Source: a virus (lineage: Duplodnaviria; Caudoviricetes). Taken from it: a DNA stretch of 40,625 bases. The notes beneath the pieces are model-generated. The model was not told where the DNA came from and ran no database searches. It worked only from the letters and a program-made list of their open reading frames with translations. The stretch covers positions 1 through 40,625 of IMG/VR virus record IMGVR_UViG_3300034151_000034. One strand, given 5' to 3'. This document shows positions 27,232 to 35,349 of the stretch, in pieces. Within the stretch, counting starts at the first letter, position 1; every line of letters starts with the position of its first letter. The position numbers and the translations under genes were made by a program.

Positions 27232-29289
27232 TTATCCATAGAGGTTGGTGCCGCGCCGCCGCGCATCCATCGACTTGCTCAGCGAGCCGCGCCCTCGGCT
27301 GACGCCCGACGCCAGCATTTGCTCAAGCGCGGGCACGAATACCTCAATGCCGCCGCCCTCGGCTGATTGTTTCTGGCTCACTTGCGCGTGGCCTGAATAA
27401 TCGTTGATGACCACGGTTTGGGTGACGCCACCGCCGCCGCCATTCGGCACAATGCGGCCCATTGAGCCCGGCACGAATAGCTCGGGCCCGCGCTCACCGA
27501 CCACATAGGGTTGCCCGGCAGCGACCGGCCCGCCCGCCATCATGCCGGGGGCAAAGATCGGCCCCGGCCCGCCCGCCGCGCCAGTGACCGGGAACAGCGC
27601 ATTAAGCTGCCCCGCGATGGGCCCGATGATGGCGCGCTTAAGCGCAATCCGCACAAGGTCATTGATGATGCTATCGGCCAGTTTCTTGAAAGCATCCTGC
27701 GCCTTGGTCGCGCCGGTTATGACGTTGGCAAGCTCGCTGGTGAAACTGTTGAGCGAGGTGGCACCAAACTCATTCATCTGCTTGCCCAAGTTTGCGCTCT
27801 CGCGTGCCAAGTTTGCCAGCGGCGCACGGGCTTGCTCCATCTTGGCGACGGCGTTGCCGTAAGCGGTCGCAAACCTTTCAATGGCAATCCGGTTGGCCTC
27901 GGTCACTTCGCCGTTCTTATCTTTGGCGACAGCTTCCAACTGCGCGGCAACCCTCGATTTTTCCCGCGCGGCGGTGCCATCGTCGATAGCTTTGGTTTCC
28001 GCCTCGATGCCCTGCGTGCGCTTGTTGAGCGCGTCGATGGCCGTTTGGAATGGATCAACGGCGGTGGCCCCCGCCGCCGTTGTTGCCGCATCCCTCGGCG
28101 TTGCCCCGCCGAGCGCGCCGCGAATTTGCCCGATGGTGAACGGCGAAAATTTTGGCCGCACCGTTACTTGCGTGCCGGGCGGCGCTAGCGCGGTCAGCAT
28201 TTCATCAACCCGGTCGAGCTGATTGCCCAATTGCTTGACGCGCTGCGCGCTCAAACTTGTGCCGGTCAAAAGCTGTTGTGCGATTTCGCCGCGCTGCCGC
28301 GTCAGCCGCTCGAAATCCATTGTCCGCATCGCCGCCGCGATGTTGGGGATGAGGCTGGTGGCTTTCTCAATCAATTCAACGATGATGACCCACGCATTTT
28401 TAATGTCGAGCGCCAAGTTTCCAAGCACGCCCCACGCCGGTTTTAGATTTTGCTCGGTGAGCCGCCAAGCTTCCGTCAATCGCTCGTCCAATTCTTTGGC
28501 CTGTCTGACGGTTTCGTTGCCGATAATTTTCTCGCCAAACAATTCGCCGCTGGCCTTGCCAGCCAACAGCCGGTCGATGGTCGCGCCGAGCTTGTCCACC
28601 TCAATTTTGCCGTTGCGGATGTTGTCAACGAATGTTCTACCAAACATTTTTTCGCCAAGGTTGAGCGCCTCAAGCTTTTCGCCCGCCCTGAGCAATTCCG
28701 ACATGGTTTGCAGCGCGGCGCGGTTGCGCTCATCCTGATTGGTCGCGGTGCCGAATTGCTGCGGCCCGAGCCCGCCGCCTTGCAGCAGCACCTTGGCGCG
28801 CTGAATGGCTTGCTCAACCTCACTCCATTGGGTTTTCAAATCCTCCGCGTCGAGAATGCTGCCAGCGGTCACATCGAGCCGCGCGGTTGTCGCCCTGCGC
28901 GCATGATCAAGCGCGCCCTCAAACACCGCGACCATATCGGCGGCACCCTTGGCCCCGGCGATAAACGATTGCCAAAATTCCGCCGACACGCCCGCATCGC
29001 GCGCCCTGTTGAATATCTCGACCATGCGCGCCAATTCCTCGCGCGTGCCGCTGATGACGCCTTGCAATGCCTTGAACGCCACCACCGCGCCGCCCACCAC
29101 GGTGACGGTACGCAGGACACCGGCAACCACCGCGCCGCCCGCTGCGCCAAGCATGGCCTTGTTGACAGCATCAAACCCGGCACGCATGGCTCGCGTGGCT
29201 TCGCTGACGTGGTTGGCCCCTTTTTCCAACTGACGTTTTAACGCCTCGGTGTCTAGCTCAACCGGAATGCGTAGGGCTGGCGCTGCCAT
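27232..29289 (-). CDS. Tail tape measure protein
   Basis: 685 aa, Ala-rich helical; C-terminal GGPVAAGQPYVVGERGPELFVP motif. Confidence 0.9.
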   Translation of the reverse strand: MAAPALRIPVELDTEALKRQLEKGANHVSEATRAMRAGFDAVNKAMLGAAGGAVVAGVLRTVTVVGGAVVAFKALQGVISGTREELARMVEIFNRARDAGVSAEFWQSFIAGAKGAADMVAVFEGALDHARRATTARLDVTAGSILDAEDLKTQWSEVEQAIQRAKVLLQGGGLGPQQFGTATNQDERNRAALQTMSELLRAGEKLEALNLGEKMFGRTFVDNIRNGKIEVDKLGATIDRLLAGKASGELFGEKIIGNETVRQAKELDERLTEAWRLTEQNLKPAWGVLGNLALDIKNAWVIIVELIEKATSLIPNIAAAMRTMDFERLTRQRGEIAQQLLTGTSLSAQRVKQLGNQLDRVDEMLTALAPPGTQVTVRPKFSPFTIGQIRGALGGATPRDAATTAAGATAVDPFQTAIDALNKRTQGIEAETKAIDDGTAAREKSRVAAQLEAVAKDKNGEVTEANRIAIERFATAYGNAVAKMEQARAPLANLARESANLGKQMNEFGATSLNSFTSELANVITGATKAQDAFKKLADSIINDLVRIALKRAIIGPIAGQLNALFPVTGAAGGPGPIFAPGMMAGGPVAAGQPYVVGERGPELFVPGSMGRIVPNGGGGGVTQTVVINDYSGHAQVSQKQSAEGGGIEVFVPALEQMLASGVSRGRGSLSKSMDARRRGTNLYG

Positions 29290-29560
29290 TCGATTTACTT
29301 TGTGTTGCGATGGTCCGGTGACGTTCCACTAGCTCATCAAATTCATTGCCGGTTAGTGGCGCGGGCTCGCCTGCGGCATCGCCGCCGTTGGCGCGGTTGT
29401 ATCCGTCGATGCAGGCGGCCAATTCCCAGATGGTTGCGGCATCGGTTTGTCGCGGTGCCCATCCCAATCCTGCGGCAATTCCATAGACGGCTGAGCGGCG
29501 GAAACGCCCGTCATCGTGGTAGAGGCTTGGCCCGCCGCCTCGGTTTCCGCCGCGTTCTGT
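29258..29560 (-). CDS. Tail assembly chaperone, frameshift (gpT-like) segment
   Basis: Open -1 frame from the slippery site: ...AVYGIAAGLGWAPRQTDAATIWELAACIDGYNRAN. Confidence 0.75.
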   Translation of the reverse strand, partial: TERGGNRGGGPSLYHDDGRFRRSAVYGIAAGLGWAPRQTDAATIWELAACIDGYNRANGGDAAGEPAPLTGNEFDELVERHRTIATQSKSNGSASPTHSG

Positions 29561-29895
29561 TTTCCCACCGGGTCATCCCTCACGCCGACCACGGCGGCCC
29601 TTAACACCTCATGTGCAATCAGCACGGACGGTGCCAGCCCGTTGGGGTTGCCATCGACGTGCAGTTTGACGGCAAGCATGGCGCGCTCGGGGTCCATGCC
29701 GCCGCCAATCAAACCGAGCCGGATGGTTTCGCGCACATCGTTGAGCCGCCAGCTTTCGGTTTCGAGGCGGCGCAGGATTTCCATGATGCCCGCCCGGCAA
29801 GTATCCTCAAGCGCAAAAATCTCACCGACCTTTGCCAAGCAAAACTGATGCTCGCCGCCGCGCCAGATGATGGTGATGGTGCCGACCGCGCTCAT
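29353..29895 (-). CDS. Tail assembly chaperone (GTA gp10-like, gpG equivalent)
   Basis: WRGGEHQFCL...DVRETIRLGLIGGGM. Confidence 0.8.
   Translation of the reverse strand: MSAVGTITIIWRGGEHQFCLAKVGEIFALEDTCRAGIMEILRRLETESWRLNDVRETIRLGLIGGGMDPERAMLAVKLHVDGNPNGLAPSVLIAHEVLRAAVVGVRDDPVGKQNAAETEAAGQASTTMTGVSAAQPSMELPQDWDGHRDKPMPQPSGNWPPASTDTTAPTAAMPQASPRH
29560..29566 (-). other. Programmed -1 frameshift slippery heptamer G GGA AAA
   Basis: In phase in the chaperone ORF (GTG GGA AAA); the -1 frame joins the 29258..29467 ORF. Confidence 0.8.
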
Positions 29896-30353
29896 GCAGC
29901 GAGAACCGTTGGCAGCGTAGTGCTTGGGACAACTTGCCCGTCATTGCTCAGCGCCACGTCGATTTGGATTTTGTTGCCGAGCGTGCCGTTGATGGTAAAC
30001 GCCGTCAGCAAATATGCGCCGTCATAGCGGTTGATGGTAACGTCATCCCATTCGATAATGACGCGGCAATTCCGCCTTGCGGCTGAAAAAAACCAAGTTT
30101 CCCAAGTCGGCAACGCTTCCTTTGCGAGAACACCCGAGCCGGTGATGGGTGCCGACAGCGCCGTAACCACGCGCTCGGTCCATGCCGGGGCATCAGGGTC
30201 ATCGCAATCGGGAACGTTGGTTTCGTTGGTCGCGGCACCGAACGCGATGCCCTTGGTGGTGAGGCCGCAGGGAAATTCAAACACCTCCGGTGTTTCCCCG
30301 TCGCCCACCCAAATCGTGAGCTTGCTTGCATTGGCGGTGGTTGGCTTGGTCAT
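29892..30353 (-). CDS. Major tail tube protein
   Basis: GDGETPEVF..PCGLTTK...VPDCDDPDAPAW...GSGV; GGAGAAAGG RBS. Confidence 0.88.
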   Translation of the reverse strand: MTKPTTANASKLTIWVGDGETPEVFEFPCGLTTKGIAFGAATNETNVPDCDDPDAPAWTERVVTALSAPITGSGVLAKEALPTWETWFFSAARRNCRVIIEWDDVTINRYDGAYLLTAFTINGTLGNKIQIDVALSNDGQVVPSTTLPTVLAA

Positions 30354-30374
30354 CTGCTTTCCTTTCTCCAAAAG

Positions 30375-30400
30375 AAAAAACCGCCCGGTTGAATGGGCGG
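30375..30400 (-). terminator. Terminator-like hairpin just upstream of the tail tube RBS
   Basis: CCGCCC/GGGCGG stem followed by TTTTTTCTTTT on the minus strand. Confidence 0.5.
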
Positions 30401-30428
30401 CGCTGGGTCGTGACGGCAGTTTCGGAAA

Positions 30429-30866
30429 TTAGCGGCTGATTAACTCGCCAACCGCTTTCTCAAGCTCAGCGCGAATGTCGGCCTCAAGTGCGCGTGCGGT
30501 GTTGTAGAAAAACGGCTGCGCGGGCGCGCGCTCATTGCCAAACTCAACGGCCACCGCATAGTCATAGGTGACGCCTGCGGTACTGCCGCGCGCGATGCCT
30601 TGCGTGTCGCCGGAACCAACCGCAACCTCGCGCTCATAGCGCACGTTGCGGACATATTCGCGTGTTGCCTTGGCCGTCACCACAAAACGCAATTCCTTGC
30701 GGGTGCGGTAAACGCGGATGCTGTCGCGCAGCCGCCCGGTCTTGACGGGTGCCACCGCGCGAATTGCGTCGGCGAGCCGGTCGGCCTGCTCTTTTACAAC
30801 GCCAGCAAGCTCGCGCTTCATCTTGTAGTCGGCCTTCCGCATCCATTGCTGCAACTCATCGCTCAT
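30429..30866 (-). CDS. HK97 gp10-like neck/tail completion protein
   Basis: APVKTGRLRDSI...YAVAVEFG...PAQPFF. Confidence 0.85.
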   Translation of the reverse strand: MSDELQQWMRKADYKMKRELAGVVKEQADRLADAIRAVAPVKTGRLRDSIRVYRTRKELRFVVTAKATREYVRNVRYEREVAVGSGDTQGIARGSTAGVTYDYAVAVEFGNERAPAQPFFYNTARALEADIRAELEKAVGELISR

Positions 30867-31276
30867 GCGGCGGGCTCGGTCAGCGCGCGAATGGTGACAA
30901 CGCCGTGCGACGTGATGTTGTCGGGCTCGCGCAAATATTGCGCGTCGGAAACCGACAACAAAACCAATCGCTGGCCATCGAGCGCGAGCGCGGCATCATC
31001 GAGCGCGGTGATGAGCGCCGCGCCAACGCGCTTCGCTTCAACGGTGTCGGGGCCTTTCGCCCACACGTCGAGTTGTATGACAGTCTCGCCGCCTTCCAAA
31101 CAATCGCCCGCCTCGGGCAACAATTGAAACGCGCCAAAGCTGACATAGGGCTTAACGGCATTCATCGGCACGGCGTCATAGATGCGCCCGCCGATGAGCG
31201 GCACCATGCCAGCGTCAGCCGTCACGCAGGCAACAATCGCTTTTTGCAGCGGCAGGCTTGCATCGCTTAGAGGCAT
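30863..31276 (-). CDS. Tail terminator (DUF3168-like)
   Basis: LQKAIV...GRIYDAVP...PYVSFG...QLDVW...HGV. Confidence 0.85.
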   Translation of the reverse strand: MPLSDASLPLQKAIVACVTADAGMVPLIGGRIYDAVPMNAVKPYVSFGAFQLLPEAGDCLEGGETVIQLDVWAKGPDTVEAKRVGAALITALDDAALALDGQRLVLLSVSDAQYLREPDNITSHGVVTIRALTEPAA

Positions 31277-31425
31277 GGCCCCTCGACCAATCGACCGGCT
31301 CCCAACTCCAAGATTTTCGCGCCGTGTTTTTCATGCACAAAGCAAACGTTGCCGAGCTTGTATGCGCGCAAGGTGCAGCGCGTCACGCGAATGTCCACGT
31401 CGCGCAGAAATTCAATCCACATCAT
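31267..31425 (-). CDS. Small neck-region protein
   Basis: MWIEFLRDVDIR...AYKLG...AKILELGAG; ATGA-coupled. Confidence 0.55.
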   Translation of the reverse strand: MMWIEFLRDVDIRVTRCTLRAYKLGNVCFVHEKHGAKILELGAGRLVEGPCL

Positions 31426-31508
31426 TGCACCATCGCCCAAACGAGAAACCCGAACGCGATGGCCACGCCGATGGCTATGATGGCCATGGCCTTGCGGTCG
31501 CCGCTCAT
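31422..31508 (-). CDS. 28-aa single-TM peptide MSGDRKAMAIIAIGVAIAFGFLVWAMVQ
   Basis: Hand translation; ATGA overlaps at both ends fill the gap exactly. Confidence 0.55.
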   Translation of the reverse strand: MSGDRKAMAIIAIGVAIAFGFLVWAMVQ

Positions 31509-31855
31509 ATCGCCACCCCCGCCTCAGCCATGCATTCAACCCACTTGCTATGCTCGACGGTGCCCTGCATCGGGTCGATGGCCGTCCTAACGTTATATTC
31601 GGTGCCGTCGCCCACGTTGGTGGCTTTCCAATCGGTGCGAATGCGTGCGGTGTCAGCCGAGCGGCGCACCCGAATAGTGACGGGTTGCCGCCCGGCGAGC
31701 CGCGCAGCATCCACCGCCTCACCACCCTGTTGAGGCGTGATGTTGGCCGCGACGGTGAACCTATCAAGCCAGCCGGTTTGCGGGTTGCCGTATTCGTCGC
31801 TTACGGTGTCGCGCTCGGAAAACTTCACCCGATACCGCAAGTCACCGGCTGGCAT
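31505..31855 (-). CDS. Head closure / head-tail adaptor (SPP1 gp16-like)
   Basis: AGDLRYRVKF...DEYGN...GGEAVDAARLAG...IRVR. Confidence 0.85.
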   Translation of the reverse strand: MPAGDLRYRVKFSERDTVSDEYGNPQTGWLDRFTVAANITPQQGGEAVDAARLAGRQPVTIRVRRSADTARIRTDWKATNVGDGTEYNVRTAIDPMQGTVEHSKWVECMAEAGVAI

Positions 31856-32110
31856 CTAGTGTTGCCTCGCCTGATGCCACGATGCGCTGCCGGGCGGCGC
31901 GCGGTGCCGCAGTTGCTTCCATGCTCGCTCATAGTCGATGCAATCGTCGGGCAGCGGCGCGTCGGCATAGATGGTGCCCTTGCCCGCCGCCTCGATGGCA
32001 ACCGCCGCCGCATCGGGCACGTTGGTGTAACAGTTGCCGCCCTGAAACCAGATCGTGAGCTTGCGGTGCGGCTGATAATAAAAATCCGCATCCATGAAAA
32101 CGGTTTTCAT
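31856..32110 (-). CDS. Small neck-region protein
   Basis: MKTVFMDADFYYQP...FQGG...AIEAAGKG; ATGA-coupled. Confidence 0.55.
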   Translation of the reverse strand: MKTVFMDADFYYQPHRKLTIWFQGGNCYTNVPDAAAVAIEAAGKGTIYADAPLPDDCIDYERAWKQLRHRAPPGSASWHQARQH

Positions 32111-32646
32111 GCGCGCGGCACCCACCACGTTGCGTCGAGCAAATAGTCGGGCGCAACAAACTCGCGGCCCGGTATCAGAATTTCCCGATGCTCATAAAGG
32201 TGCGCGGTGATACGCATGATCTTGTCGAGCAGCGCGGGCGGCAGCGTGTCGATGCTGTCGAACCCGCACGTCAACGTCGCCGACAGCGCAGCCGCCGAGC
32301 CTTCCAGTACCATGATTGGCACGCCGTGAATGCTTCCCCATTTCAGCGCCAGCGAATAATCCGTTGACACGTCATCCTCGCCGCTCATCACAACCGCGCT
32401 TTCGGCTGGTGTCACCGGAACGCTGACAGCACCGCTGACAAACGATGCGGCGCTGATTGTCCAAAGCACGGTCGTGGGATTGATTGTCACCTCATTGCGC
32501 TGCTCGATGTTGGCGATGGCCCGCGCGATGCAGGACTTAATGAAATTGTTTTCCTCGGAATGGTCCACGCGCATGTGTTCTTTGGCGGGCGACAGCAAAT
32601 CATCGGGCAGCGCCTCGGTGTCGCGCGTCAGCACCCGAATGCTCAT
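32107..32646 (-). CDS. Head-tail connector (gp6-like)
   Basis: AKEHMRVDHSEEN..I...AHLYEHRE. Confidence 0.85.
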   Translation of the reverse strand: MSIRVLTRDTEALPDDLLSPAKEHMRVDHSEENNFIKSCIARAIANIEQRNEVTINPTTVLWTISAASFVSGAVSVPVTPAESAVVMSGEDDVSTDYSLALKWGSIHGVPIMVLEGSAAALSATLTCGFDSIDTLPPALLDKIMRITAHLYEHREILIPGREFVAPDYLLDATWWVPRA

Positions 32647-33527
32647 GCTGCGATTTCCTGACTAAGCCGGTCAAAAAATGGAAACAAGTCGCAAACGATT
32701 TGGTTGCCGTCATCAAGCTCAAGCACGATGCGCCATTGCTCGGCGTCAACATGAAACTTGACCGGGCGCGGCCCCGGTTTGCCTTGCGGCCCCGCTGGCC
32801 CTTGCTTGCCGGGCTCGCCTTTGCTGCCGCGAGCCGACAGCATCCAACCCCGGTTATCACCCTCGCCGGGGCAGGGGCCGGGATTGTCGCGGATGGCTCG
32901 CCATTCGTTGCCGTTGAGCGCCACGGTGTCGAGCGCCCGATATTTGGCGTCGGGCTTCCACAGGCCACGCGCCTGACCGGCATAGGCATCGGCACCGCGC
33001 TCGCCTTGCGGGCCGACCGCACCGGGCTCGCCGCGCTCACCGGGCGGCCCCTCCATGGCCAAACCGGGCGGGCCTTGCTCACCGCGCTCGCCGCGCTCAC
33101 CGCGCTCGCCGCGCTCGCCGGGCAAGCCACGCTCGCCCTGCGGGCCTAGCTCACCCACCAATCCGATGGGGCCTTGCTCGCCGCGCTCACCGCGCTCGCC
33201 GGGCAAGCCACGTTCGCCGGGAAATCCCGGCAATCCAGCCTCGCCCTGCAATCCGCGTTCGCCTTGCAGGCCAATTGGGCCCGGTGCGCCGGGCTCGCCG
33301 CTTTTCAAATTGAGCGATTGCACAAAGGCGGTGACAAACTCGCGCGCGCGGATTTCGAGCGCCTGGAATTTGGTTTCAATCACGTTGCCATATTCATCAA
33401 TGCGCTCGCGGCTGCGGGCATTCTCGGCCACCAAGTCGCGCACGCTGGCGGCGCGGGCTTTCTGTTCCTCGACAAGCAGATCGGCAACCGCGCCAATCAA
33501 TGCAGGGTCAGGTAATGCGGCGCTCAT
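32643..33527 (-). CDS. Collagen-like (Gly-X-Y) virion protein
   Basis: Long GERGEQG/GLPG run; RGLWKPDAKY..LDTVALNG module; start trimmed to MSAALPD. Confidence 0.8.
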   Translation of the reverse strand: MSAALPDPALIGAVADLLVEEQKARAASVRDLVAENARSRERIDEYGNVIETKFQALEIRAREFVTAFVQSLNLKSGEPGAPGPIGLQGERGLQGEAGLPGFPGERGLPGERGERGEQGPIGLVGELGPQGERGLPGERGERGERGERGEQGPPGLAMEGPPGERGEPGAVGPQGERGADAYAGQARGLWKPDAKYRALDTVALNGNEWRAIRDNPGPCPGEGDNRGWMLSARGSKGEPGKQGPAGPQGKPGPRPVKFHVDAEQWRIVLELDDGNQIVCDLFPFFDRLSQEIAA

Positions 33528-34938
33528 GCATATCCCTCTTGATGCGTCCCATGATGAGCGCCCGTTTGTCGGCCTCATCTAGCTCGGCCTCGGGCTTATC
33601 ATCGTTGGCGGCTGGCTGCGGTGTGGTTACTGGCGCGGGCTTAGGCTCGGGCGGCACAAAATCGAGCGGCACCATTTGTTGCTGAACACGCGGGATTTTG
33701 CCGTGCCCACCGGGCACCACTGAAAAGCCAAGCTCAAGGCGTGCATCGTCGGGCGCGTGAATACCCGCCTGCACCGAGCGGGCCAACCCGTCGATTTGTT
33801 CTTTGAACAGCGAGCGCAGCAACGCCTTGGTATCGTATTCAGTCCATTCCTTGCCCGCTGCCACGCCGTTGAGGCCGATGAAAGCGTCAAGCGCAACCTC
33901 GATGTGATTGATGAGCCAGCCGAGCCCGCTGGCCAGCCATTCCGACATGATGGCTTCCGCGCTTTTTTGCGTGGCGGTGTCGCTGATGCCGAGCAGGATG
34001 GCGGGCACCCCCATCACCGCCGCCACGGTGCGGTCGTTGAGCTTTAACTGCTCGATGATTTGCGCATCCTGGTTGCTGACACTGATGGGATTGAATTTCA
34101 AACCGCTGGTCAGGATCGGCACGCCGCCTGCGTTGAGCCCTGCCGCCTGCGCGTTCCACCTTTCCCTCAATTCATCAACCTGTGCTTTGGTCAGCGTCAG
34201 GTCGGTGGATAGCACGCCACTCGGGCGGCTCATGTTCTGCGCGAATGTCGATGATGCGTTGTTGATTGCGCCACGCTGGAACAATTCCAGCGCCAGCGCC
34301 GCCAGCCACGTTTCACCGACCAACGGATGGCGCGGTGTGGCGAGTTTGACGTGGAATACATCGCGCGCGGGCACCACGATATTGTTTGCGCCGATAGAGT
34401 TTGGAAACGTCACCAGCGGGTTTGAAGAAATCTCATAAAACACCTCTTTGAACACTTGGCCCTGCACGCCAATCTCGCGCACGCAACAGCCGCGCGGATC
34501 GGTCCAGTGCAGCGCCACTACCTCGCTGCGTTCATTGCGCTGCGCAACCCAGTACGAATTGCCGTTGAGCAACAGTGAACGGATGAGGTGAACCAGAAAG
34601 TCGCTTGGCGTCTGGTAGCCGTTCGGCACCCGCAGCAAGCGTGACAGCGCAGAGGTGGTGACAGTTTCAGTGCCGCCATTGTCCAACTCGCGCCGATGAT
34701 AACCGGGTAACTGAGCGATGGCACGAACATAGGCCCACACGCACGCCTCAACGATTGATGATGTTGGGAATGGCAGCGGGTCCAAATCCATCTGCCAGAA
34801 ATTCAAATTCTGGCCCCATGAATGCGGCAGCCAGCCGCCGCTCACGGTGTACGGGCCGGGATGATAGTTGCCCTCGCCCGCCGGGTTGGCCTTCTGGCGC
34901 GGCGTGATCAGCCGCGCCAGTGTTTGCGCGAGGCCCAT
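33508..34938 (-). CDS. Portal protein (HK97 family)
   Basis: VEACV...IAQLP, PNGYQT..DF, LLLNGNSY, PSGVL, VAAVMGVPAILLG, DDARLELGF. Confidence 0.92.
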   Translation of the reverse strand: MGLAQTLARLITPRQKANPAGEGNYHPGPYTVSGGWLPHSWGQNLNFWQMDLDPLPFPTSSIVEACVWAYVRAIAQLPGYHRRELDNGGTETVTTSALSRLLRVPNGYQTPSDFLVHLIRSLLLNGNSYWVAQRNERSEVVALHWTDPRGCCVREIGVQGQVFKEVFYEISSNPLVTFPNSIGANNIVVPARDVFHVKLATPRHPLVGETWLAALALELFQRGAINNASSTFAQNMSRPSGVLSTDLTLTKAQVDELRERWNAQAAGLNAGGVPILTSGLKFNPISVSNQDAQIIEQLKLNDRTVAAVMGVPAILLGISDTATQKSAEAIMSEWLASGLGWLINHIEVALDAFIGLNGVAAGKEWTEYDTKALLRSLFKEQIDGLARSVQAGIHAPDDARLELGFSVVPGGHGKIPRVQQQMVPLDFVPPEPKPAPVTTPQPAANDDKPEAELDEADKRALIMGRIKRDMHERRIT

Positions 34939-35261
34939 CAGGTGCCGCGCGTTTTGTAGGTGTCGGGATTGTCGGCGGGTTTCATGTCGCGCGTTGTTTT
35001 GCGACGGACGTCCCCACCCTCGGGCGGTGCCGGTGGCGGATTTCCGGCGTGTTCCCATTGAAGGTGCGCCCAATCCCTTGCCGCCGTCAGTGCTGCTTCG
35101 CGTTCCTCTGCACTCAGCGGATCATGCTCGCCATATGGCTCGTTGGGATCGCGCGCCCAATGAGCATTGATGGCTGCGTCAGCATCAGCGGTCGTCATTG
35201 TCAGGCGGGCGCTCTGATACGGGCCCATGATCACGCTCACCTGTTTGGTTTCGTCTGCCAT
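34938..35261 (-). CDS. Hypothetical protein between capsid and portal
   Basis: AAGGA RBS; ends YKTR; TGATG coupling to portal. Confidence 0.65.
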   Translation of the reverse strand: MADETKQVSVIMGPYQSARLTMTTADADAAINAHWARDPNEPYGEHDPLSAEEREAALTAARDWAHLQWEHAGNPPPAPPEGGDVRRKTTRDMKPADNPDTYKTRGT

Positions 35262-35287
35262 GTTTGTGGTTCCTTGCTGTTGGTGTT

Positions 35288-35317
35288 TTGCCGGGCGGCA
35301 CGATCACCGCCCGGCAA
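35288..35317. other. 11-bp stem-loop after the capsid gene
   Basis: TTGCCGGGCGG/CCGCCCGGCAA with no U-tract in the sense direction; possible mRNA-stabilising hairpin. Confidence 0.45.
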
Positions 35318-35349
35318 TTACATTCACCAGTTTACAACTGGCCGTTCTA

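Noticed and set aside
29258-31855. Gene transfer agent
   Set aside because: GTA-like tail genes are shared with phages; integrase, replication, recombination and lysis modules indicate a true temperate phage.
33020-33300. 9-bp tandem DNA repeats (TCGCCGCGC)
   Set aside because: Explained by the Gly-Glu-Arg collagen coding.
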